Source: a virus. From it: DNA of 40,196 nt. How positions within the stretch are numbered: position 1 is the first letter of the stretch; every line of letters begins with the position of its first letter. The translations under genes were made by a program, and so were the position numbers. The notes below the pieces were generated by a model that saw only the letters and a program-made list of their open reading frames with translations, did not search any database and had not been told where the DNA came from. Positions 1 through 7,656 of the stretch are shown in pieces. The stretch lies in IMG/VR virus record IMGVR_UViG_3300029171_000021, positions 1 through 40,196 of that record. The stretch is one strand, 5' to 3'.

Positions 1-99
1 ATATCAGCCAGATTGTCAATGTTCTAATTGCATCTGTCTGTCTGTATTCTATCTGTAAGTTGGAAGTCTGACTTTACCTGTAGTATCTCTTACATCTCT
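1..99. repeat. Terminal direct repeat, copy 1 (identical to 40098..40196); signature of a circular or terminally redundant genome closed by assembly
   Basis: Base-by-base comparison: the 99 nt atatcagccagattgtcaat...tacatctct at 1..99 are identical to the last 99 nt of the window. Confidence 0.95.
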
Positions 100-426
100 G
101 TTCATGATGTAGTGGTAAATGTCTTTTACCTTTTGCTTAACTGGCACTTTCGCTCTCATAGCTTGGCTGTGTCGGTTCTTTATCTTCTCATGATCTGCTA
201 TGATTTCAAGGTAAGTTTGTATCTTATCTTGTAGTTTGTCAACTTCTTCTGGCTTACATGTCAGTAACTTCCGATTGACAAGGTTGATTTTGTTGTACAG
301 GTATTTCTTCTGTACAGACCAAATACTTTCAAACTTTGTCAGCAAATCATAGATAGCGCCTTCGTCTTCTCCATCTAGTAATAGATGTTCACGAGGCATG
401 AATATGTCTTTCACTTTTTCTAGCAT
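49..426 (-). CDS. Hypothetical protein (125 aa) directly downstream of the portal gene
   Basis: ATG at 426..424, 5 nt after the portal stop, same strand. No motif recognised. Its 3' end lies in the terminal repeat. Confidence 0.55.
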   Translation of the reverse strand: MLEKVKDIFMPREHLLLDGEDEGAIYDLLTKFESIWSVQKKYLYNKINLVNRKLLTCKPEEVDKLQDKIQTYLEIIADHEKIKNRHSQAMRAKVPVKQKVKDIYHYIMNRDVRDTTGKVRLPTYR

Positions 427-431
427 GTTGT

Positions 432-2459
432 TTATTTGGTTATATTATTTGCAGCACCAAGGTCAGCTTTGAGTTGTTGCACTGGTTCACTATTCGCACC
501 TACAAGTCTAGTCACTGGTGGTTCTCCTGGTGGAGTGCCAGTTACACTAGTAGTTGGTTCAGCTGTGGCTCCCATACTGCCCATTCCGCTCATCAAGTCT
601 TGAGCTTCCTTCTGAGCTGTGTTAGTGTTGCTAGCTTCTTTGCCGAATGCTTCATCTTCATCATAGCCCATAGATTCTACGTACTTCTTAGCGCCATACT
701 TGGCAGATAGAACAGGTTTAGCTTGTCCTGTGGCTGGATCAGTCTCAACAACCACGCCAGTCATTTGTAAGTAATCCTTAGCATTTGCTTTCTCCAATTC
801 ACGGCTTGCAGCAAATGTAGATTCTGCAACGACACGAACGACAAGATCACCTTTCGTACGAATGTAAGCAGGTCTTGCTTGGAAGAAGCCAATAGCATCA
901 TTGCCAGTATCTTTGAGGCGTAGAGAAGTCTTGGTAAATTCGCCATTGCCTGATGGAACTTCTTTGACTCCAAGTCCTTTGACTCTGATAGATCTGTAGT
1001 TGATTGGCTTGTTAACTGGTGCTTGTCCTTCTCCACCCTGCATTTCTGTGATTTCTCCACCTGTGAGTTCATCTACAAGAGGAAGTGGATAGAATTGCTG
1101 TACACGTTTCATTAAGAGCCAGCCTAATCTCTTATAGCCACGATTCTCATTTCTTCTAACATTCAAGTTCAGACGGCCTTGAGTAATCTCTCTACGGATA
1201 GCAGCAACAGTGGCCTGAGTAGAAGCGTTCATATCTGTTATTTGTCTGAAGTCTACACCAGTAGCGAAGATCAGGTAATCCATCAGCATAGATATCATAC
1301 GATCTGTGCTAGATGACATTCCAGGAAGATCATAGTGAACAAAGGCGTCTTTAGGGCTTGAAACACGAGTAGCTACAGTTGGATCAAATAGGCTAGACAC
1401 ATCGTCAAAGTCGCTCATATTCTCATCTAGCAGATTAATACCACCTGCTGCACGTTTCTCTTTGTCAATAGCAATATTCAAGAAAGCATTGATAGCATCA
1501 CATATAGTAGCGATTCTCTGAGGTTCTGCTTCACCAACGTAAGTGTTGAACTGTAAGCGGTCTAGGTAATCTACAAATGGCAATTCTTTGTCTTCGTAAG
1601 GGTTTGAGCCGTCATAGATAATAACACCATTAGCAATAATGACCAATTCATCTCTCATCTTATTCCAGTGCTCGAAGATAACTACTTGGTCTTTTTCATC
1701 AGACATGTAGTCTTTGTGGATAGCAACAGTAGCATTGTCGCCTTTGTAAGCTGTCCACTTACCACGCTGAACTTTGTCAACATTCTTGTACATTTCTGTA
1801 TCTGAGAATGTCTCTAGGAATGTAGCGTAATCCATTCTCTTGCGTATCTTGATCCATGGAGAATCAGCAATACAAGTAGCGAGAGGGTGTAGCCATACAT
1901 CTTGAGGGAAGATATTATCAACACAAACATCATCATAGTAGAGTTCTTGCTTGGCAGTATATGTGCCATCAGCTTGCTTCTCTCTGATAGTGCGATAGAT
2001 CTTTCTCCAGCCAACATACTGATAGAAGCCACCAACAATGTCCTTGATGTTGTTGCCAATATCTAGCTTATAATCCATGTCAACATATTTCAGATTCCAT
2101 ACGTGTTTGCGTACGATCTGATCCATAATCTTGGCTACTTCCTTGTCTTCTTCGTATTCTCCTGGCTCATAGCTGAATGATGGAGGACTTTTAGCTTCTG
2201 TGGCCTGTTTACTCTCAACTATCCATTTACTAATAGGAAGAACAACGCCACTAGAGCCATCTTCATTGAAGAACGGCTTAGCTTCATGACGCTCGATGTT
2301 TTCATTCCATTGGTCTTCATACTTGGAGCGGTGACGAATGGCAATATCCATTTCACCACTAAGCTTAGAGAGTAACTCATTCTCTTCAGGAGTTGGTTGC
2401 CATCTTGGCTGGTTATCAGCTTTGGCATTATCCATCTGATAGTCTTTGACTTCTAACAT
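432..2459 (-). CDS. Portal protein (675 aa)
   Basis: Large ORF starting 11 nt after the large terminase stop. Size and position immediately after TerL are typical of portal proteins. Call rests on synteny and size; no catalytic motif available to verify. Confidence 0.7.
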   Translation of the reverse strand: MLEVKDYQMDNAKADNQPRWQPTPEENELLSKLSGEMDIAIRHRSKYEDQWNENIERHEAKPFFNEDGSSGVVLPISKWIVESKQATEAKSPPSFSYEPGEYEEDKEVAKIMDQIVRKHVWNLKYVDMDYKLDIGNNIKDIVGGFYQYVGWRKIYRTIREKQADGTYTAKQELYYDDVCVDNIFPQDVWLHPLATCIADSPWIKIRKRMDYATFLETFSDTEMYKNVDKVQRGKWTAYKGDNATVAIHKDYMSDEKDQVVIFEHWNKMRDELVIIANGVIIYDGSNPYEDKELPFVDYLDRLQFNTYVGEAEPQRIATICDAINAFLNIAIDKEKRAAGGINLLDENMSDFDDVSSLFDPTVATRVSSPKDAFVHYDLPGMSSSTDRMISMLMDYLIFATGVDFRQITDMNASTQATVAAIRREITQGRLNLNVRRNENRGYKRLGWLLMKRVQQFYPLPLVDELTGGEITEMQGGEGQAPVNKPINYRSIRVKGLGVKEVPSGNGEFTKTSLRLKDTGNDAIGFFQARPAYIRTKGDLVVRVVAESTFAASRELEKANAKDYLQMTGVVVETDPATGQAKPVLSAKYGAKKYVESMGYDEDEAFGKEASNTNTAQKEAQDLMSGMGSMGATAEPTTSVTGTPPGEPPVTRLVGANSEPVQQLKADLGAANNITK

Positions 2460-2470
2460 AGGTTATGAGG

Positions 2471-4054
2471 TTAACAGGCTCTTCTATATTTGGGTACGTT
2501 CTGTCTGTCCTTTGTAACTCTACGGTTGAAGTCTGCGAGACGCTCTTCAAAGCTTGAGTCTGGTTTATTAACATAAATGACCTTGCTGTCTTTCACTTTG
2601 CTCTTATAGTTTACAGCGAAGAATTCTAGAGCTGTACGGAAGTGAGAAGTATAGTCATGTATTGGTGTGTCGTTTGCACTTGTAGACTGGCTTGCCTCTG
2701 AACGCTGAGGATATCGGCAGTTTTCCATTGCATCAATGAATTCATCTTGACGCTTGTCTACGAGTAGCTTCCTAATCAGTAATTTAGTTTCTCTTATTCT
2801 AGTGGTCAAGTCAAACTTTTTGTAACTGTAGTTAATTACTATACCATATTTCTTGAGAGTAGCAATCACAGAAGTCATTCCAGCCTGAGTCTTGTTGTTT
2901 CCTGTTGGATCACCATAGTGGATAGCAGGCTGCCAGCTCTTATGACGTTCTATCAGTTCTAGCTCTGTGTTGTTATACGTATAAGGTAGGCCACTAGTAG
3001 CAGTTCCAGTAACGAAAGGCACAAAGAAGTCAATGGACTTGTTATTGCTCTGATAGCTGTCTACTACTCTTACCTGTCCTGTCTTCAGATCTTCCTGTAG
3101 CCATACTAACGCTGTCGGATCATTAAGCCCAAAATCCCAAGCCACGTATAGAGGCTGTAGAGGATTGTATTCTTCGACTTCCATGTAATTCCTATCACAG
3201 AATTCTGGATAGACACGATCAAGAACGGACTTGTTATAGTTAATATCCAATTCCTGTGCGACTTCCTCTGGCGTTCGGCGTTCGCATTCCTTGGCATACC
3301 ACTTTTCGTCTTTCAGTGGGTGTAACTTCCAGTGAAGTGTTGTTTTGTTGATGCGAGACTTCAGCGAGAGTTCAGCAAACTTATTGCCCTTTCCATTAAC
3401 GGTTGAGGTTGGAATACGGCATCTACTAGCATCTCCCATAGAAGTCCATGCTGATCTGCCATGCTGCCAGAAAGCAAACTCATCAGGCCAGATAACAGTA
3501 TAACGCCCTTGACGAGAGAATTTCTCTGTAGGAGCGTAGCCAATGATTGTGTTGTTGTTCTCGACATTAACCAGCTTCATGTAAGGCTCTGAGAGTTTAG
3601 GCTGCATGAATGCAGGAAGTCTGCCGATGATGTAGCGAAGTCTTCCGAAGTGCGTGTCCATATTGTCCTTGTCATCAACAAGGGTTTCGATGTATGAGCC
3701 TATCAGTGCAGAGAATCCTGGCTCGAATAGCCACTTATGAACAAGAACACCTAATACCATCCAAGAGACGCCCATGTCACGAGACTTGTCTGTTAGGCCG
3801 TCTTCTTGTATGTCTATACGCTTGACGAGCCAATCTATGTAATCGTCTTGGAAAGGATATGTGATGAATGGCAGGTCTTTCAGCTCAGAGCGTGGATCAT
3901 AAGTCCAGAGAGCAGCATTGAAGAAGAAGTGAATATCTTTGGCACACATCTTCACAAAGTTCTCAGCCGTCTTGCTGTCCTTTTCACAATCCTCAATAAC
4001 TAACGCTCTCCAGCGCAAGTTATCTTCTAGTTCTTTTGGGTACAGTTGGTTCAT
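2471..4054 (-). CDS. terL: Terminase large subunit
   Basis: ATPase-region motif LTDKSRDMGVSW (K-S-R-x-G-x-S type Walker A of large terminases). RNaseH-like nuclease motifs AWDFGLNDPTA, HYGDPTGNN and IHDYTSHF. Start trimmed from the track start (4171) to ATG 4054 (MNQLYPKE...) because the upstream extension overlaps ORF 4020..4433. The exact start is uncertain. Confidence 0.85.
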   Translation of the reverse strand: MNQLYPKELEDNLRWRALVIEDCEKDSKTAENFVKMCAKDIHFFFNAALWTYDPRSELKDLPFITYPFQDDYIDWLVKRIDIQEDGLTDKSRDMGVSWMVLGVLVHKWLFEPGFSALIGSYIETLVDDKDNMDTHFGRLRYIIGRLPAFMQPKLSEPYMKLVNVENNNTIIGYAPTEKFSRQGRYTVIWPDEFAFWQHGRSAWTSMGDASRCRIPTSTVNGKGNKFAELSLKSRINKTTLHWKLHPLKDEKWYAKECERRTPEEVAQELDINYNKSVLDRVYPEFCDRNYMEVEEYNPLQPLYVAWDFGLNDPTALVWLQEDLKTGQVRVVDSYQSNNKSIDFFVPFVTGTATSGLPYTYNNTELELIERHKSWQPAIHYGDPTGNNKTQAGMTSVIATLKKYGIVINYSYKKFDLTTRIRETKLLIRKLLVDKRQDEFIDAMENCRYPQRSEASQSTSANDTPIHDYTSHFRTALEFFAVNYKSKVKDSKVIYVNKPDSSFEERLADFNRRVTKDRQNVPKYRRAC

Positions 4055-4433
4055 GTTTCTTAAAGCCTTTAGGTTTGTGTTTCTTGTAGCATAACGCACA
4101 GATATCCAGATCCAACTCTTCACCATCGTTCCAGTACTTGCCCGAATACCAAACAGTGTAGATTTTAACATTGCAGACTTTGCATCTTTCTGGCTTATCT
4201 GAGTTTTGCTCTTCTTCTATAGTGACGGGCACGGTTTCTTTTATGCCCGTCACGTCTTGGCCTTCTAGGGCTATATTTTGGCTTGCTGATGCCTGCCCGT
4301 CAGAGTTCCGTAATGCTTCATAATCTGCAACTGTTAACCAGTAACCAGCAATCTGTCCGTTCCTAGTAACAATGACTGATTCTTTCTGTTGGTATAGATT
4401 ACGCTGAAAATCTCTTGCATTAGTTATCTTCAT
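4020..4433 (-). CDS. Phd/YefM antitoxin-like N-terminal domain fused to a C-terminal CxxC...CxxC zinc ribbon (137 aa)
   Basis: N-terminus ITNARDFQRNL...SVIVTRNGQIAGYWLTVADYEAL matches the Phd/YefM pattern (I-x-x-x-E/D-x-R-x-N-L ... I-T-R-x-G-x-x-x-x-V-L-x-x-x-x-Y-x-x-L). C-terminus is CKVC-N24-CALC. Lies between terS and terL. Confidence 0.5.
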   Translation of the reverse strand: MKITNARDFQRNLYQQKESVIVTRNGQIAGYWLTVADYEALRNSDGQASASQNIALEGQDVTGIKETVPVTIEEEQNSDKPERCKVCNVKIYTVWYSGKYWNDGEELDLDICALCYKKHKPKGFKKHEPTVPKRTRR

Positions 4434-4448
4434 CTGTCTGTTGTGTTA

Positions 4449-4619
4449 TTAATCTTCAAATGGTAAATCCCATTCATCCCATACTGGCATATCGTAGAAT
4501 GTTCTTTCGTAGAGCTTGCTTGATTCTACAGCAGCAGTAGAGAATATATGGTTAAAGCGAAAATACAGCGTGTAGCACGCCTTCCAAGCTCTGAGTTGTA
4601 GTTTCTGTTTCTCTGTCAT
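4449..4619 (-). CDS. Hypothetical small protein (56 aa)
   Basis: Hand-translated (below the track cutoff): MTEKQKLQLRAWKACYTLYF...WDLPFED. Its ATG overlaps the terS stop as ATGA (4619..4616), suggesting translational coupling. Confidence 0.4.
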   Translation of the reverse strand: MTEKQKLQLRAWKACYTLYFRFNHIFSTAAVESSKLYERTFYDMPVWDEWDLPFED

Positions 4620-5128
4620 AATGTTTTCTTGGTAAATTTATCTCTGAAGAATTTGGCTAGTTCGTCTTTGTTTGCGTTCTTAATATCAAGATTAGCTATC
4701 TGGATTGCTCCACCGTTAGCGCCTGTATGCTCTACAGCCTTAACATCTTTCAGATCAGTAACATTCTTTGCCATGAAGATTGTCCAGCGTGAATCATAGG
4801 CTTTATTAGCTGCACATTCGTGTAGGAATTTCTTCTGAAGAGACTTACATTCCCTATATGCTCCGTAAAAGCCAGGATACTTCTTCTCATGTTCCTTCTT
4901 ACTCCATTCAAGAAGAATGTCTGGGCTAAGCCCCTTTCCGTAGGCAAACTCCTCAAATGTAGGGAAAGTATTTGGCACAAGCTTAATAGCCCCCATAAAA
5001 CCTTTCTCTTTTTCAAACGGTTTAATTTTGAAGAATGCTAACATATCGTTGACAATCTCAGGATACCATTTAGTAGGTCTATACGGGGGCTTCTTGGCTA
5101 TAACTGGTTTTGCTTTGCGTTTAGCCAT
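4616..5128 (-). CDS. terS: Terminase small subunit (170 aa)
   Basis: Basic N-terminus MAKRKAKPVIAKKPPYRP. Pattern ...FPTFEEFAYGKGLSPDILLEW...ECKSLQKKFL...IFMAKNV resembles TerS helix-turn-helix plus oligomerisation regions. Lies upstream of terL. Confidence 0.6.
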   Translation of the reverse strand: MAKRKAKPVIAKKPPYRPTKWYPEIVNDMLAFFKIKPFEKEKGFMGAIKLVPNTFPTFEEFAYGKGLSPDILLEWSKKEHEKKYPGFYGAYRECKSLQKKFLHECAANKAYDSRWTIFMAKNVTDLKDVKAVEHTGANGGAIQIANLDIKNANKDELAKFFRDKFTKKTL

Positions 5129-5137
5129 TCGAGTATA

Positions 5138-5329
5138 TTAGGAAAATAGCGCTGTACGCATTCGTTTGAACATTGCTGGCCAATCTGATAGAAATAGCTT
5201 CTTGCCTTTTGTAGCTTTAAACTTTCTGAAAGCTAGTCTTTGGTTCTTAGTATAAGAATTCTGTGGAGCTTTCGGAGTAGGAGCAGTCTTACATCTGCAG
5301 CCTTTTACTGAATGTTTTGTACAGATCAT
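5138..5329 (-). CDS. Hypothetical basic protein (63 aa)
   Basis: ATG overlaps the stop of the upstream gene as ATGA (5329..5326). Lys/Arg rich. Confidence 0.4.
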   Translation of the reverse strand: MICTKHSVKGCRCKTAPTPKAPQNSYTKNQRLAFRKFKATKGKKLFLSDWPAMFKRMRTALFS

Positions 5330-5571
5330 GAGTGTAAGAAGTTAAATACTGAATTTGGCACAGGACAAGCAGAACCTTCACATGGAAGATTAAGCTGGCC
5401 GTTATTAGTCCAGTGACCACGAGCTTGCTTAGCATGACAGTAAGTAGGTGGCAATTGGAGTTGATGCGATAATTCAAAATCCCAGCCACAGATAGCACTT
5501 GGATCATAGGCCAAGCTTGTAGCAGGTAATAGCATAAGAACAGTAGCGAGTGCAAGTATGAATTTCTTCAT
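5326..5571 (-). CDS. Small secreted Cys-containing protein (81 aa) with N-terminal signal peptide
   Basis: MKKFILALATVLMLLPATSLA/YDP has an n-region (KK), a hydrophobic core and an S-L-A cleavage-like site. The mature part contains 4 Cys. Confidence 0.55.
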   Translation of the reverse strand: MKKFILALATVLMLLPATSLAYDPSAICGWDFELSHQLQLPPTYCHAKQARGHWTNNGQLNLPCEGSACPVPNSVFNFLHS

Positions 5572-5597
5572 GGTGAATGTTTTTATGAAATAAATGA

Positions 5598-5873
5598 TTA
5601 TTGCATTGTTGGGATAGGCTGTCCTTGAGGGGCTTGTGGTTCGAATCTACCTACCAAGTCTTGTAGAACAGATACATTGCCTACGATCTTACCTAAGAAT
5701 ACTTTGGAGAATTCTTCAGGAGTCATGGCTTCTACCTTTGCTACATCTTCCTCCATCATTCTGATCATTTCCTGCATTTGTACTTTGCGTTTCTCGAGAT
5801 CTTTCTTGCCGTCAGCAAGGAATTTGTCTCTGAGAGCGATCAATTGAGCTTCTGCTGGTGTTACATCTGACAT
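5598..5873 (-). CDS. Hypothetical coiled-coil protein (91 aa)
   Basis: ORF in the operon, charged helical composition. No motif recognised. Confidence 0.5.
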   Translation of the reverse strand: MSDVTPAEAQLIALRDKFLADGKKDLEKRKVQMQEMIRMMEEDVAKVEAMTPEEFSKVFLGKIVGNVSVLQDLVGRFEPQAPQGQPIPTMQ

Positions 5874-5909
5874 TTTTGTATGTAGTTATGTTATAAAAAT
5901 GCTAATACC

Positions 5910-6176
5910 TTATATTAATTCCTCCTCGATCTCTACTTGTCTACGAGAGGCAGGAGAGCGGATAAGCCTGACATCTTCAGCATTCAGGCCTTTGTCATTC
6001 TCAGTAAGTACGAACTCTACGATATCTCCATTACGAAGTTCATTGTAGTTAGTATCCTCTGAGAGGCTGCGAGCGTGAAAGAATATGTCTCTGACTTGCT
6101 TATCTGAGCGAATAAAGCCGTAACCATGATCAGTCAATCTCTTGATTCGGCCAGTAGTAGTTGAAGTGTTTGTCAT
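5910..6176 (-). CDS. Cold-shock-domain (CSD/OB-fold) nucleic-acid-binding protein (88 aa)
   Basis: GRIKRLTDHGYGFIRSDKQVRDIFFHARSL...LRNGDIVEFVLTENDKGLNAEDVRL matches the CspA pattern (G-x-V-K-W-F-x-x-x-K-G-F-G-F-I ... D-x-F-x-H ... G-x-x-V-x-F ... G-x-x-A-x-x-V). Start trimmed to ATG 6176 (MTNTSTTTG...). Confidence 0.7.
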   Translation of the reverse strand: MTNTSTTTGRIKRLTDHGYGFIRSDKQVRDIFFHARSLSEDTNYNELRNGDIVEFVLTENDKGLNAEDVRLIRSPASRRQVEIEEELI

Positions 6177-6207
6177 CTTTTTGTTAAAAGTTATATTATG
6201 TTTTGGT

Positions 6208-6492
6208 TTACTGTTTATGTTCTGCTGCGAGCTTCTGTAATTCTTTAAGGTCTGAGACGAATGCTTCCATAGTCGCAATAAGTTCTGGAATATCTTTAAT
6301 TGGCAGAACATCTATTCGCAAGTTATCCAGTTGAGTAGTAGCGAAGGTAGCAGGCTTTCCTTTCGCAATCTCCTTAGCTGCCTGTTCAAGCCTCTCCTTG
6401 GTTACATTCAGCTCACCCACAACGGGAAGCTGCCTAGGCCATAGATACTTACAACTTCCATTATCCAAATTCAAATGAAAATGTCCAATCAT
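6208..6492 (-). CDS. Hypothetical protein (94 aa)
   Basis: Track ORF 6208..6633 trimmed to ATG 6492 (MIGHFHLNLD...) to remove the overlap with 6503..7444. Confidence 0.45.
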   Translation of the reverse strand: MIGHFHLNLDNGSCKYLWPRQLPVVGELNVTKERLEQAAKEIAKGKPATFATTQLDNLRIDVLPIKDIPELIATMEAFVSDLKELQKLAAEHKQ

Positions 6493-6502
6493 TTTTGTAC
6501 TT

Positions 6503-7444
6503 TTATGAGTTAATAGTTTCTCTGAACATAAGATTGCTTGTAGTGGGCTTGGTGTATTGGAGTAAGTCGTAGATACTGTTGTCAAGGCCTCCATAGCCTC
6601 TGCGCTTATTTCCAATAGAGCTACTGAGTTCACTTCCAGAACGCCTAAGAGCCTCTGCCTCTTGTCTCAAGGCTTCTACATTTGTTCCGCCTGCATAAGC
6701 ACCACCTGCACTTCTCTGTTCCATTATAGGAGATGCTAATTTATCCTGTATAGTTTGACTTTTCCTAAACAAAGCAAGAGCTTGGTCTTGTACCCTCTTG
6801 ACAGGATCAAGAGCGCCCTCTGTAGCTAGATTAGGATTAGCTTGCATTTTCTTGTTTATTTGTGATTGCAAGGAATCGTAGGAAAAATAGGGCATGTCTT
6901 TTGTTCCATCATTGCCACCTAATGCAGCAAAATCTTTTGCACTTGCTCTACCTGCATTGACAGAAAGGAAAAACGCTATCTGTTGAGCTACAGCATTAGG
7001 AATCTTGAGTTGTCCAGCTCCCATATTCATGGCACTCTTCTTGTCGATTGTAGCAATACCACCTTGATAGTCTGGATTACCATTCTTCAAGAAGTCAGCT
7101 TTGAAATTGCCAAACATGTTATTACCTATGCCAATACTATTCTGGCCGAATGCAACATTCTGGTCAATGGCAGCATTAGCTGCTTCATTTGCACTTCTCT
7201 GTGCAGCAAGAACAGCCTGATCCATTGGAGCCAGATTCTGATTCTGGTTAGGATTGTTAGGCGTTCCGTATTTATTGTAATTGGATACTGTAGAGAGATT
7301 AGAACCGCTGCTATTGATTCGAGTAATGGGATTACGGGAATAACTTCCACCATCTCGAACATAAGGCACAGCTGTGGCACGATTACGGCTAGTCTGTTCA
7401 GCTCTGATTGCACTTGAGATTTGGGCTAATTGACTTGCTTCCAT
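6503..7444 (-). CDS. Hypothetical N/Q/G/A-rich protein (313 aa), first gene of the leftward arm
   Basis: Long ORF starting about 40 nt downstream of the predicted leftward promoter. Contains a low-complexity NPNQNQN segment. No motif recognised. Confidence 0.6.
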   Translation of the reverse strand: MEASQLAQISSAIRAEQTSRNRATAVPYVRDGGSYSRNPITRINSSGSNLSTVSNYNKYGTPNNPNQNQNLAPMDQAVLAAQRSANEAANAAIDQNVAFGQNSIGIGNNMFGNFKADFLKNGNPDYQGGIATIDKKSAMNMGAGQLKIPNAVAQQIAFFLSVNAGRASAKDFAALGGNDGTKDMPYFSYDSLQSQINKKMQANPNLATEGALDPVKRVQDQALALFRKSQTIQDKLASPIMEQRSAGGAYAGGTNVEALRQEAEALRRSGSELSSSIGNKRRGYGGLDNSIYDLLQYTKPTTSNLMFRETINS

Positions 7445-7483
7445 TGTAGCTCTACAAGATATATTTATTTGTGTGTCGGAAGA

Positions 7484-7512
7484 ATTATACCACGAAAAGT
7501 TGCACTCCGCAA
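7484..7512 (-). promoter_or_regulatory. Leftward sigma70-like promoter (-35 TTGCGG, 17-bp spacer, extended -10 TGgTATAAT)
   Basis: Reverse complement of 7484..7492 reads TGGTATAAT. Reverse complement of 7507..7512 reads TTGCGG, and the spacer is exactly 17 nt. Lies about 40 nt upstream of ATG 7444. Confidence 0.55.
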
Positions 7513-7522
7513 CACTTTTTAC

Positions 7523-7551
7523 GTGACATATCCAGAAATGTATGTAATAAT
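7523..7551 (+). promoter_or_regulatory. Rightward sigma70-like promoter (-35 GTGACA, 17-bp spacer, -10 AATAAT)
   Basis: GTGACA at 7523..7528, 17-nt spacer, AATAAT at 7546..7551. Same -10 hexamer and spacing as the promoters at 10733 and 13106. Confidence 0.5.
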
Positions 7552-7592
7552 AAAAGCGTACAGGTCATCAAAATGTCTTCAACCCTTAAATA

Positions 7593-7645
7593 GAGTCCAC
7601 AAGTAAAAAGTATCGGTGCGGATTGGACTCTAGCCGATACTTTTT
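7593..7645 (+). promoter_or_regulatory. Two interleaved inverted repeats in the leader of the rightward arm; the outer one is a terminator-like hairpin
   Basis: A GAGTCCA (7593..7599) pairs with A' TGGACTC (7624..7630). B AAAAAGTATCGG (7605..7616) pairs with B' CCGATACTTTTT (7634..7645). Order is A-B-A'-B'. The B/B' stem is 12 bp, flanked by an A-run and a T-run, and ends 11 nt before ATG 7657. Confidence 0.6.
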
Positions 7646-7656
7646 CGTATACAAAA

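Noticed and set aside
28-234. + strand 68-aa ORF at the window start
   Set aside because: It has a TTG start, is antisense to the better-supported gene 49..426, and has a hydrophobic, Cys/Leu-rich shadow-ORF composition.
474-2428. Several ORFs nested in or antisense to the portal gene (474..710 +, 761..1072 -, 1814..2059 -, 2219..2428 -)
   Set aside because: All are fully contained within the 675-aa portal ORF in alternative frames. They are typical shadow ORFs with no independent start context.
4055-4171. Upstream extension of the terL ORF (track start 4171)
   Set aside because: It overlaps most of the C-terminal zinc-ribbon coding part of ORF 4020..4433 in another frame, and its sequence (MLKSTLFGIRASTGTMVKSWIWISVRY...) looks non-protein-like. 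The start at 4054 is preferred but not proven.
7445-7656. Possible tRNA or small RNA gene in the control region
   Set aside because: No cloverleaf can be drawn, and there is no T-arm GGTTCGA-like box or acceptor pairing. The inverted repeats are better explained as regulatory hairpins or operators.
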